Shown here: in pieces, positions 1-8,435 of the stretch | Layout: each line of letters starts with the position of its first letter | How positions within the stretch are numbered: the first letter of the stretch is position 1 | NCBI GenBank assembly: GCA_041665145.1 | Contig: JBAYJK010000003.1 | Coordinates: forward strand, 133,177-197,176 | Direction of reading: 5' to 3' | Length of the DNA stretch: 64,000 nucleotides | Origin: Patescibacteria group bacterium | GTDB taxonomy: Bacteria; Patescibacteriota; Microgenomatia; UBA1406 | Made by a program: the position numbers and the translations under genes | Notes under the pieces: model-generated | The model's database searches: none | What the model saw: only the letters and a program-made list of their open reading frames with translations | Told to the model about the DNA's origin: nothing

Positions 1-1
1 T

Positions 2-169
2 CCAATGAAAATCGAAAATCCAATTCTAAGAATCGATTACGCTTTTCATACAGATAACATTCAGGTATTAAACTTCAAGATTTTGAAAGACACTATTTTC
101 GACCAAGCATCAGATCATTATCCCATTGTTTTTGAGCTAGAGTATCTTGATTCATCCAATAGTTTCTAA
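2..169 (+). CDS. Endonuclease/exonuclease/phosphatase (EEP) family protein, C-terminal fragment (5' end outside window)
   Basis: Frame 2 is open from the window edge to TAA 167-169. Translation ..RIDYAFHTDNIQV..ASDHYPIVFELEY carries the C-terminal SDHxP catalytic motif of the EEP fold. Confidence 0.6.
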   Translation, partial: PMKIENPILRIDYAFHTDNIQVLNFKILKDTIFDQASDHYPIVFELEYLDSSNSF

Positions 170-199
170 CTTCTTCCAATAGCCTCGGCAACCCGTTTT

Positions 200-208
200 T
201 GGTAGAAT
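200..208 (+). promoter_or_regulatory. Extended -10 box TGGTAGAAT, 6 nt upstream of ATG 215 (leaderless geometry)
   Basis: Read directly: TGGTAGAAT-tgatat-ATG. Confidence 0.5.
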
Positions 209-214
209 TGATAT

Positions 215-520
215 ATGGATTTGAAACTACTCTCGGCCGAACTTGCCAAAGTATCGGACCAATATGCAAAAAAGTTCGACATTGAACGAAATGCGGATTG
301 GTATATTCTTAAGTTGCAGGAAGAACTTGGCGAGCTGATTCAGAGCTATTTGATGATGGTTAAACAGGCACGCGTGAAAGGGAAAACCGACAGAGAACTA
401 AAGGATGATTTTAATAAGGAAGTCGCCGATGTGTTCGGAATGGTACTCCTGCTCGCTCGGTTCCACAATGTTGATTTGGGTAAAGAGATAGAAGAAAAAT
501 GGTTAAAGTGGATTAAATAA
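215..520 (+). CDS. MazG-like nucleotide pyrophosphohydrolase (all-alpha NTP-PPase)
   Basis: 101 aa. LQEELGEL (EExxE) and KEVADV metal-binding style motifs, and a size typical of small MazG-family proteins. Confidence 0.6.
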   Translation: MDLKLLSAELAKVSDQYAKKFDIERNADWYILKLQEELGELIQSYLMMVKQARVKGKTDRELKDDFNKEVADVFGMVLLLARFHNVDLGKEIEEKWLKWIK

Positions 521-525
521 CCTCT

Positions 526-1200
526 ATGACAGCTGAATTTAGATTGTCAGGTATAACCCTTGAGCAAGTTGTGCAACGTAACTGGTGGGTACCGGTAGTC
601 ATGGCTACTGCTCTCGATTGGAGCAAAGTTTCCGCAAACAGTTCAATGGTCTTTTTAGGGTGCGGTGCTGAGGCAGAAGAACTAGCCTGCATGCGTTTCT
701 TACTCAGCGAAACGAGGAGAGCCGGCGCTATATATGGAGTAGATCTTCTTGAGCGGTCTCGGTTGGGAGATGAAATTGTTGCACTTGCCCGATCTCGCAC
801 AATAAAAGCCGACTATGCTGCCACTCCGGGTAGCATAATGAAGCAAATTCGTCGTCCCATTGGCGCCATCTTTATGCGCAACCCCAACGTTACTGTCCAA
901 AATCCAGGGTACTCTGTTTCCGTAAGACGTCCGGAACTAGTTGATGCCGCCGTGCAGTGGGCAAAAATCGCGCGAGACTTTCATACCCAATTTGTCGTTA
1001 CCACCGAACATCCTGAAACAAAAGAGCTGTTAAGCAAAGCTTTGCAGGCCGCAGGCCTTAATTTTCGACAAACAGAGAATAGATATTTTATTGACCATCC
1101 AACACCTTCCGATCGCAAAGCATTAGTAGCCCGTCCTGAGATAGAATTAGCAGTGAGAGATAATATTTTGCCGGATCAGTTTGTCTTCGTGGTTGCTTAG
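526..1200 (+). CDS. Hypothetical protein (weak Rossmann/methyltransferase-like motifs)
   Basis: 224-aa ORF starting 5 nt after the previous stop. VFLGCGAEAEE and IYGVDL loosely resemble SAM-MT motifs I/II. Visibly more GC-rich than its neighbours (by eye, not computed). Confidence 0.5.
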   Translation: MTAEFRLSGITLEQVVQRNWWVPVVMATALDWSKVSANSSMVFLGCGAEAEELACMRFLLSETRRAGAIYGVDLLERSRLGDEIVALARSRTIKADYAATPGSIMKQIRRPIGAIFMRNPNVTVQNPGYSVSVRRPELVDAAVQWAKIARDFHTQFVVTTEHPETKELLSKALQAAGLNFRQTENRYFIDHPTPSDRKALVARPEIELAVRDNILPDQFVFVVA

Positions 1201-1224
1201 ATTCCAAGCGCTATTGTCAAATAG

Positions 1225-1911
1225 TTACGCTATTTTTTCAACAATTGCCGGAAGTTTGATCATTTTTCCCGCCAAATAGTCCGTCAGGAGTACGCGCAAC
1301 ACCTTCACTCTCCATGCATGCAGTTTCGGAGTCTTCAGTAATTGTGATGCCATAAATATTCCTCTGCTGAGAATGAATTCTCCCGTGAAGTAGGTAAACC
1401 GAGGTATATTATTGTCAACGCTGACCTTATCCATTGCATACACGAATGTTGCCCGTTGGTTCTTGCTGAATTCATACGTCCGTAACGTTTCATACTCACC
1501 CATTTTTGGAAATAAATATGTGTTGTAGAGCGCAGTCACCATGTCGTAACCGAACGGAGAAACATGTTTCCCGTTTAATTCAAAGCTGCCGTCTACCGGA
1601 ATACTTTCCGGCACAAAGCCATCTGTCATGGGCACGAACGGAAGAGATCCGAGTTTATTCTGAATTTTATCGACCGCTTGTGTCAAAAGTTCAGCAGAAT
1701 CTTTAAGTTCAACCTTAACCATATCCACATTCAAAGAGTCTAAATACGACTCAAAACCGGATAATTTTTGTTTTTGTGACAGTTGTTTGGCTGCAAATTC
1801 CGAACATTTGGCAAGATAAAGTGAGAAGTTTTCTTCGGTTATGTACCCATACTTTATAAAATCTTCCTCGAACAGTTTAGAAAAGGTAGTTTTGTTTGTC
1901 ATACTATGCAT
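1225..1911 (-). CDS. Hypothetical protein
   Basis: 228-aa ORF with no motif I recognise. The first ATG (1911) overlaps a -10 box; the ATG at 1902 (MTNKTT..) fits leaderless geometry better. Confidence 0.55.
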   Translation of the reverse strand: MHSMTNKTTFSKLFEEDFIKYGYITEENFSLYLAKCSEFAAKQLSQKQKLSGFESYLDSLNVDMVKVELKDSAELLTQAVDKIQNKLGSLPFVPMTDGFVPESIPVDGSFELNGKHVSPFGYDMVTALYNTYLFPKMGEYETLRTYEFSKNQRATFVYAMDKVSVDNNIPRFTYFTGEFILSRGIFMASQLLKTPKLHAWRVKVLRVLLTDYLAGKMIKLPAIVEKIA

Positions 1912-1918
1912 TGTACCA
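1910..1918 (-). promoter_or_regulatory. Extended -10 box TGGTACAAT, 7 nt upstream of ATG 1902
   Basis: Minus strand reads TGGTACAAT-gcatagt-ATG. Confidence 0.45.
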
Positions 1919-1983
1919 GATTGTTGATTGACTTATTGGGGTAATGTTGGTAGTGTTAAGTATTAGCAGTTTATATCGCCTTT

Positions 1984-2094
1984 ATGAAAAAACGAGTTAA
2001 ACCAATTGCAAAAAAACGTACATCGCTTATCAAGCCCAAGATGCACGGAACGGCTAAAAATTTGAAAAGACGCCGCAAAGCAAATAGAGGATAA
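1984..2094 (+). CDS. Possible small, highly basic protein (36 aa), missing from the ORF track because of its size
   Basis: ATG 1984 to TAA 2092-2094. MKKRVKPIAKKRTSLIKPKMHGTAKNLKRRRKANRG has 14 K/R in 36 aa. It lies in the intergenic gap upstream of tspO with no clear SD. Confidence 0.25.
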   Translation: MKKRVKPIAKKRTSLIKPKMHGTAKNLKRRRKANRG

Positions 2095-2115
2095 TCTGTT
2101 TTTAGTTTTATTAAC

Positions 2116-2658
2116 ATGTTAGTGATGAAGAAGTTTAATCTTTCGCTATTCCTTTTTTGTTTCTTAATCTGTGCTCTGGCAGGAGCTTTTGGTTCCCTGT
2201 TTACTTTCCAGGCAATTCCCACTTGGTACGTAACGCTTGTTAAACCGGCTTTAAACCCTCCGAATTTTGTATTCGGGCCTGCGTGGACACTTCTTTATTT
2301 TCTGATGAGTGTATCGCTCTACAAAGTACTTGTAGCCAAACTCCCACAGAAGCTACTTCATGTGAGACAGACAGGATTAATGTTGTTCTTTGCTCAACTT
2401 GTACTAAATGCATTGTGGTCACTCCTATTTTTCGGAGCTCATATGCTTTTGATTTCTTTTATAGAAATTGTTCTTTTATGGATAGCAATAGTCGGAACGA
2501 TAGTTGTATTCAAAAGAATCTCGAAAGTTGCAGCACTGCTGCTCATACCGTATTTACTCTGGGTAACTTTTGCCGCCTACCTTAATTTTTCCGTATTTCA
2601 ACTCAATACCCCCACTGTTCCGAGCAACTACGTATATTCTGTCCCCGACAACAAATAA
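2116..2658 (+). CDS. tspO: TspO/MBR family tryptophan-rich sensory protein
   Basis: 180 aa, 5 TM. LNPPNFVFGPAWTLLY, LNALWSLLFF and LIPYLLWVTFAAYLN are TspO signature segments. Confidence 0.85.
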   Translation: MLVMKKFNLSLFLFCFLICALAGAFGSLFTFQAIPTWYVTLVKPALNPPNFVFGPAWTLLYFLMSVSLYKVLVAKLPQKLLHVRQTGLMLFFAQLVLNALWSLLFFGAHMLLISFIEIVLLWIAIVGTIVVFKRISKVAALLLIPYLLWVTFAAYLNFSVFQLNTPTVPSNYVYSVPDNK

Positions 2659-2675
2659 ATACTTCCGTAAACAAC

Positions 2676-3149
2676 TTACTGCTGTGAAGGAGTTCCTGTC
2701 GGACGCACCAGTTGCCTGATTACCGGATTCAGTTGTACACTCTCAGCAGTAATGCTTCCGTCGGTATTTTCAGTGCCGAATACTGCAACTTTTTCGCCAA
2801 CTTTCAAATCTGCCTTGGCGCCGGGAGTTGACTTGCTGACTGTGGATTTTCCGGTAAGAAGCACTATTTTTGTACTGCCATCTGCCATTTTAACGGTAAC
2901 AGATTGCTCATCCGCACTGATAATCTCCCCTGCGGTTTGTCGCATTCCTATCCGTGCAGCATTTTGCGCTCCTGTTTGAATGCCGGGTGCACCTTGACCA
3001 TTCATACCCAATTGTCCACCAAATTGAGCCATGCGCGTTCCACGGGACGACGCGGTTTGCATTTCCTGAAATTTCATTCCGCCGAAAAATGCTAATGCTC
3101 CGACTACCACTACTGCCAGGACAGTGACGATCATTGTGTTGTTTTTCAT
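2676..3149 (-). CDS. Secreted/membrane-anchored protein, DUF5666-like beta domain
   Basis: N-terminal TM (MIVTVLAVVVVGALAFF), a G/Q/M-rich linker, then SVTVKMADGSTKIVLL..GEKVAVFGTENTDGSITAESVQL. Last gene of the ABC export operon. Confidence 0.55.
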   Translation of the reverse strand: MKNNTMIVTVLAVVVVGALAFFGGMKFQEMQTASSRGTRMAQFGGQLGMNGQGAPGIQTGAQNAARIGMRQTAGEIISADEQSVTVKMADGSTKIVLLTGKSTVSKSTPGAKADLKVGEKVAVFGTENTDGSITAESVQLNPVIRQLVRPTGTPSQQ

Positions 3150-3161
3150 TGTTTCAATATT

Positions 3162-3181
3162 GGGCGAAACAAGTTTCGCCC
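3162..3181 (-). other. Intercistronic perfect stem-loop GGGCGAAAC-AA-GTTTCGCCC
   Basis: 9-nt inverted repeat read directly between the permease stop (3203) and the next start (3149). No U-tract, so it is not a classical terminator; it could be an mRNA processing or stability element. Confidence 0.4.
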
Positions 3182-3202
3182 CTACAAATTTTTAATTAAT
3201 AA

Positions 3203-4426
3203 TTATTCGTACCTTAATGCCTCAATCGGCTGAAGATTCGAGGCCTTCTTTGCCGGATACCAGCCGAACAGTATTCCGATACCAGCCGATACAACGAAGG
3301 CGATCAGCACAGAAATCGGAGACACGACAAATGCTGAACTGAGAACGATGGACAAGATAAATGAAACAGTTATTCCCAAAACTACGCCGATGATTCCCCC
3401 CGTAAAAGTAAGAATAATAGATTCCATCAGGAATTGGGTTGTAATAACGTTCTTTTTTGCACCGAGCGCTTTTCTGAGTCCTATTTCCCGAGTCCGTTCG
3501 GTAACTGTTACCAGCATTATATTCATAATACCTATTCCCCCGACCAGCAAAGAAATAGCAGCGATACCGGCAAGCAATGAGGTGAACATTCCGGTAATGG
3601 ATGATGCTGAATTCAGAATGTCCTGTTGCGAGAATATGGAAAAATCGGCAGACGCCGGGTCACTTATTTTATGCCTGGCAAGCAGAAAATAGCCGACCTC
3701 GTCTTGTGCGGCTGTCATAACGTCTGAGCTTTGTGCTTCGAGTGCAATTGAACCTAAATAATCTACCCCGAACAGGACTTTTTGCGCTGTTGAAAGCGGC
3801 ACGTAAATCATGTCGTCCTGATTCTGAAACCCGGTACCTCCTTTTGCCACCGTCACGCCGACTATCCGCAATGACTGTCCGTTTATCCTGATGGATTGAC
3901 CGATAGGATCTGCACCTTCTCCGAACAAATCGGTAACTACCTGCGGACCGACAACCGCTACTTTATTAATGCCGTCAACATCGGTCTGAGAAATGAAACT
4001 CCCGGTACTGATGCTTACTTTATGTACTCCGGCATATTCGGGATATACACCGACGATTTGCGTGTTCGTGTTACTCCCGGCAGTGGTAACTTGCGTTCTG
4101 CGGCTTAACTCAGGAGAAACTGTCTTGACGGTGGTGACTTGTGTGGCATTTTTTATGGCAAGCGCATCTGCGAGAGTCAGAGTGGTTGATCCGCCCGCTG
4201 CTTCCCGGACCGCTCCCGAACGCAGTGAACCCGGCTGAACAGTAAGTAAGTTTGCACCCAAAGATTGTATTTGCTCCTGCACACTCTGTTGGGTTGCCTG
4301 ACCGAGAGATACCAGAGCGATGACACTTCCGATTCCTATGACAATTCCCAGGATTGCCAAACCGGTTCTGGTTTTATTCAGCGTGAGCATTCCGAAGCTT
4401 TCTTTGAACAGTTCGAGAAAATCCAT
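3203..4426 (-). CDS. ABC transporter permease, MacB/FtsX family
   Basis: 407 aa. N-terminal TM, a large periplasmic (MacB_PCD-like) domain and a C-terminal FtsX 3-TM bundle (TERTREIGLRKALGA motif). Confidence 0.9.
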   Translation of the reverse strand: MDFLELFKESFGMLTLNKTRTGLAILGIVIGIGSVIALVSLGQATQQSVQEQIQSLGANLLTVQPGSLRSGAVREAAGGSTTLTLADALAIKNATQVTTVKTVSPELSRRTQVTTAGSNTNTQIVGVYPEYAGVHKVSISTGSFISQTDVDGINKVAVVGPQVVTDLFGEGADPIGQSIRINGQSLRIVGVTVAKGGTGFQNQDDMIYVPLSTAQKVLFGVDYLGSIALEAQSSDVMTAAQDEVGYFLLARHKISDPASADFSIFSQQDILNSASSITGMFTSLLAGIAAISLLVGGIGIMNIMLVTVTERTREIGLRKALGAKKNVITTQFLMESIILTFTGGIIGVVLGITVSFILSIVLSSAFVVSPISVLIAFVVSAGIGILFGWYPAKKASNLQPIEALRYE

Positions 4427-4428
4427 GG

Positions 4429-5145
4429 TTATATTTTCACCTTTCTTTGTTGATGATTATTGCCATCGTCGACAATTCTTCCATCACGAACATGAATAAT
4501 GCGCTTGGCATGTTGTGCAATATCCGGTTCGTGGGTAATCATGACAATCGTATGGCCTTCGTTATTCAACTTCTGGAAGATAGCCATAACTTCTTCTGCC
4601 TGTGCGGACGCAATGTTTCCGGTCGGTTCGTCCGCGAGTAAGATCGCGGGGTTCATGACAAGTGCGCGGGCAATTGCTACCCGTTGCTGCTGACCTCCGG
4701 AAATCTGATTTGAGGTATGTTCTAACCGGTCACCCAAACCGACCATAGTCAAGAATTTTTTTGCTTTCTCTTCCCGTTCCTCTTTCGGTACGCCTGCATA
4801 AACCATCGGCAACATGACATTTCTCATTGTTGTCGTACGGGGAAGCAGGTTAAAAGCCTGGAATATAAAACCGATTTTTCTGTTTCTGATATCGGCAAGT
4901 TCGTCATCAGACATTTTTTCCACGTTTTCGCCATCCAAAAGATATGTTCCTTTGGTCGGCAAATCAAGCGCTCCAAGAATATGCATGAGTGTCGACTTGC
5001 CGGAACCGGAAGGGCCCATGATTGCAACAAACTCACCTTTTTTAATGGTGAAAGAAACATTGTCCAACGCAACCGTCTCCACATCATTGCCGGTCGTATA
5101 AATCTTCGACAGATGATTTGTTTGGATAATCGAAGTGGTATTCAT
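4429..5145 (-). CDS. ABC transporter ATP-binding protein (MacB/LolD-type)
   Basis: Walker A GPSGSGKST, signature ISGGQQQRVAIARAL, Walker B ILLADEPTG and H-loop ITHE. Confidence 0.95.
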   Translation of the reverse strand: MNTTSIIQTNHLSKIYTTGNDVETVALDNVSFTIKKGEFVAIMGPSGSGKSTLMHILGALDLPTKGTYLLDGENVEKMSDDELADIRNRKIGFIFQAFNLLPRTTTMRNVMLPMVYAGVPKEEREEKAKKFLTMVGLGDRLEHTSNQISGGQQQRVAIARALVMNPAILLADEPTGNIASAQAEEVMAIFQKLNNEGHTIVMITHEPDIAQHAKRIIHVRDGRIVDDGNNHQQRKVKI

Positions 5146-5149
5146 AAAA

Positions 5150-6457
5150 TTACCTGCTTATTCGGGTTGCTCCTCCACCACCACCGAACGAACTAAATAC
5201 CGAGCGGGTACTTGAAGATGATGTTGTGGCAGTGCTTGTGGTACTGGTAACTACTACGTCGTTCTCAGAAATCCCCGTCAATATTTCCGTGTCAGTCGAA
5301 GACGAAGCTCCGGTTGTTACGGTCACCGATTGAGGTTTGCCGTTCTTCATCACCTGAACCGTTAACTGTTCATTTGTAGTGCGGACCGCCGCAGAAGGAA
5401 CCGTAATTACATCATTCTTAATGTCGGTTATTATGCTCGCTTGTGCAGACATATTTGAAAGCATTGAAGGTTCTTGCGTGTCCAACTGAATCACTGCAGG
5501 GTATGTCGTTACGCCGGAAGTGGTCTGACCTGACGTATCGATGCTGACTATTTTTCCCGTAAATGTCTTACCCGCAAACGCGTCTAAAGTAACCGTGGCC
5601 TTGTTTCCTTCTTTAACTTTCGTAACATCGATCTCGGTTAAATTAATCGTAATTGTCGGCGCTGCGGTCGTTTTAACGCTGGCGATTTTTGTATTTGTTT
5701 GAGTGGTGGAACTTTGACTGCTTGAGGCAGAAATTACCGATCCGACTTGCAAAGAAAATCCGGTTATTTGGCCAGAAATCGGGGCATAGATTGTCGGTGA
5801 GTCAAGTTGGTAGGCAAGCCATGCTGCGTTCAGTGACGTTTGTGCCTGATTTACCACACCCTGCTGGTTCTTATATTTGGCCTCTGCCGCTAACCAATTA
5901 TCCTGTGATTCAATAAATTCGGGTAACAGTCTGTTGTCGTTGTTGTACGACCCGTCGCTGTTGGTGTATTTGCCATCCTGTGTAATATTATTATACGTAT
6001 CCCAATTTGCATACATAGACGATCTGAGCGTATACAGCGAAGCTTGCGCATTGTTGAGATTATTTTGAGCACTTTGGTAATTTGACCAGGCTTGTGCAGA
6101 GTTTTGTTTGCCTGAAAGGTCAAGTTCGATTTCGGCTATCTTATCTCCCGCAGTTACCATGTCACCTTCTTTGACATGCAGCGTTGCCACTACACCCGAA
6201 GCTTGGGTATACACCGGAGCACTGTTTGCTGTGGAAACCTGTCCCGAACCGGAGACAGAGACAATGAGCGTTCCTCTTTGTGCGGTCGCTGTCACATACT
6301 GTACTTTTGCAGCAGTGCTGGGAAACAGAAGACGACTCCCCAACCACACCGTACCGATCGCGGCAATGATAATGAGTGCCTTCACGAACAAAGTACGTTT
6401 CAAAAACCAGTTTTTCATTCCCAAAACGCGTTGTTTTAGTACATTATTTTTATTCAT
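5150..6457 (-). CDS. HlyD/MacA-family periplasmic adaptor protein
   Basis: 435 aa. N-terminal TM, lipoyl-like hairpin (VKEGDMVTAGDKIAEIE), a long coiled-coil-like Q/N-rich segment and beta-barrel domains. First gene of the operon with the ABC ATPase and permease. Confidence 0.8.
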   Translation of the reverse strand: MNKNNVLKQRVLGMKNWFLKRTLFVKALIIIAAIGTVWLGSRLLFPSTAAKVQYVTATAQRGTLIVSVSGSGQVSTANSAPVYTQASGVVATLHVKEGDMVTAGDKIAEIELDLSGKQNSAQAWSNYQSAQNNLNNAQASLYTLRSSMYANWDTYNNITQDGKYTNSDGSYNNDNRLLPEFIESQDNWLAAEAKYKNQQGVVNQAQTSLNAAWLAYQLDSPTIYAPISGQITGFSLQVGSVISASSSQSSTTQTNTKIASVKTTAAPTITINLTEIDVTKVKEGNKATVTLDAFAGKTFTGKIVSIDTSGQTTSGVTTYPAVIQLDTQEPSMLSNMSAQASIITDIKNDVITVPSAAVRTTNEQLTVQVMKNGKPQSVTVTTGASSSTDTEILTGISENDVVVTSTTSTATTSSSSTRSVFSSFGGGGGATRISR

Positions 6458-6511
6458 GCCGAGAGTTTAACGCCTGAAACTGAAAAAAAGCTTAACAGTA
6501 ACACTGGTAAG

Positions 6512-6520
6512 ATTGTAGCA
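6512..6520 (-). promoter_or_regulatory. Extended -10 box TGCTACAAT upstream of the HlyD-like gene (leader of about 50 nt)
   Basis: Minus strand reads TGCTACAAT and lies 54 nt upstream of ATG 6457. This is a counter-example to the leaderless pattern. Confidence 0.4.
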
Positions 6521-6601
6521 TTATGTCTGATTTCACTTGATATTTCTCTTGAACACTTTACACTGATAATAAACCACTTGGTTGGGGTTATATGTGATAT
6601 T

Positions 6602-8434
6602 ATGAACACTCTTTTGAAAGGCGTCGGCGTTACTTCATATAGCAATAGGGTATATATGTATTTTATTGCCGGTGAAAATATGTTTTCTTTTAATGTGGCC
6701 ACTTCAGAAGACGGATTCAACTTCGAGCTTACTGCAAAGCAACAGGAAATAGGTACGCGTCGGGGAGGAAAAAAGTCTTTTTTGCCGACAGAGAAATTTT
6801 CTTTTTTCAGCACACATGACGGCAGTGCTCCATCTCACAAGCTTCTTTTTAAATGCAGTCCCCGATACTGCGTCGCGGATTCTGAAGATTTTACTTCCTG
6901 GACATATTCGTCCTTTGCCGGCGGACTTTCATCACGGGGAATTGTAGTGTCCGAATTCAAATACCGTAATAAGTACGTGTTGTATGGCGGTGATTCAGCA
7001 GTTTCCGTTTCATATTCTTCTGACGCAATCAAATGGTCTTCCCGAAAAAAAATACTGCTTGAGTCCCGCCCTGATAAATTTGATTCCGGAGAATTGGGTT
7101 TGGAGAACGTGTTTGTAAGCTCCAAAGGATTACTGCTACTCTATCACAGCAAGGTTATTTCTCACGGAAAAATTTCATGGAAGGTTGGTGCAGCGCTTTT
7201 TGACAGCACCAATCCGGAAAAACTGCTCTGGCGGTCGGATGAAGCTTTATGGGATTCCGGGAAAGAATGGGGAGCACGAGCAGTGTCTCCTATTGGTGTC
7301 GTAAAATTCAGAAACCGGCTTATCTCCTATTGGGATATGGAAGGTGAAGGTATTTTTGCCGTTGTTTACTCATTTCTGAACATTCACATTCCCACAGTCA
7401 CTTCGCATGTTTCCCTTAACCTCAAGAAGCCTGCCGGAAACCCGATTATATCTCCCCGCGCAGAAAATTCTTGGGAAGCATTTACTACATTCAATGCGGG
7501 AACAGTTAAAATTAACAACGAAGTGCACATTTTGTACCGCGCACAAGGATATGATTATGTTTCCACAGTCGGCTATGCAAGAAGCAAAGACGGAGTGAAT
7601 ATTGATGAGCGGCTACATTACCCCGTGTATGTACCGCGACTGCCGTTCGAGTCTATGTCAGGTTCTCCACACGCGTCACCCAATACTGACCAGTTTGCTT
7701 CGGGGGGTGGATATGGCGGTTGTGAAGATCCCCGCGTAACAAAGGTCGGCAATCGGCTTTATATGGTTTTTGTGGCCAATGACGGGTCAAGTTTACGTCT
7801 CGCATTAACTTCCATCTCGGTGAAAGATTTTCTCGCTCACCGCTGGTTTTGGGAACGGCCGATTCTTATATCTCCACCGGGCGTCGTAGACAAAAGCGGC
7901 TGCATATTGCCGGAGAAGATTAACGGTAAATATGTAATATTTCACCGTGTTTTCCCGGACATTCTTATTGACTACGTCGACAACCTTCAGTTTACGGGCA
8001 ATTCGTGGCTCAAGGGGGAGTTTCGCATTCCGGCGCGGGAAAAAATGTGGGACAGCAGAAAGATAGGGGCAGGAGCGCCACCCATAAAGACAAAGGACGG
8101 TTGGCTGCTTATTTATTACGCGGTTGACGACAAAGACTCGTCGAAATATAAAATAGGAGCCATGCTTCTCGACCTCAAAGATCCGGCAAAAGTCCTGCAC
8201 CGTACCAATGCCCCCATACTCGAACCGACAGAAGTTTATGAAAATGAAGGATTTAAACCCGGTGTCACCTATCCGTGTGGTGCTGTAGTTCTGGGCAAAA
8301 CACTCTTGGTTTACTATGGTGGCGCTGACTCTGTTGTATGCGTAGCTTCTGCTCCGCTTGATCATTTTTTGAGCGAACTAAAACATTCGGAAATTGCTAA
8401 ACTGGATACTGCGATTATAAAACAGGTGCTTTAA
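6602..8434 (+). CDS. GH130-family glycoside phosphorylase/hydrolase-like protein: degenerate N-terminal module plus canonical C-terminal module
   Basis: The C-terminal half has GGCEDPRVTKVGNRLYMVFVANDG, the GH130 signature. The N-terminal half is propeller-like but lacks CEDPR. Start uncertain (TTG 6578 or ATG 6602). Confidence 0.75.
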   Translation: MNTLLKGVGVTSYSNRVYMYFIAGENMFSFNVATSEDGFNFELTAKQQEIGTRRGGKKSFLPTEKFSFFSTHDGSAPSHKLLFKCSPRYCVADSEDFTSWTYSSFAGGLSSRGIVVSEFKYRNKYVLYGGDSAVSVSYSSDAIKWSSRKKILLESRPDKFDSGELGLENVFVSSKGLLLLYHSKVISHGKISWKVGAALFDSTNPEKLLWRSDEALWDSGKEWGARAVSPIGVVKFRNRLISYWDMEGEGIFAVVYSFLNIHIPTVTSHVSLNLKKPAGNPIISPRAENSWEAFTTFNAGTVKINNEVHILYRAQGYDYVSTVGYARSKDGVNIDERLHYPVYVPRLPFESMSGSPHASPNTDQFASGGGYGGCEDPRVTKVGNRLYMVFVANDGSSLRLALTSISVKDFLAHRWFWERPILISPPGVVDKSGCILPEKINGKYVIFHRVFPDILIDYVDNLQFTGNSWLKGEFRIPAREKMWDSRKIGAGAPPIKTKDGWLLIYYAVDDKDSSKYKIGAMLLDLKDPAKVLHRTNAPILEPTEVYENEGFKPGVTYPCGAVVLGKTLLVYYGGADSVVCVASAPLDHFLSELKHSEIAKLDTAIIKQVL

Positions 8435-8435
8435 T

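Noticed and set aside
1971-2222. 83-aa minus-strand ORF overlapping the tspO start.
   Set aside because: It overlaps the TspO coding start and the plus-strand small basic ORF. Its translation is low-complexity with no motif or promoter geometry.
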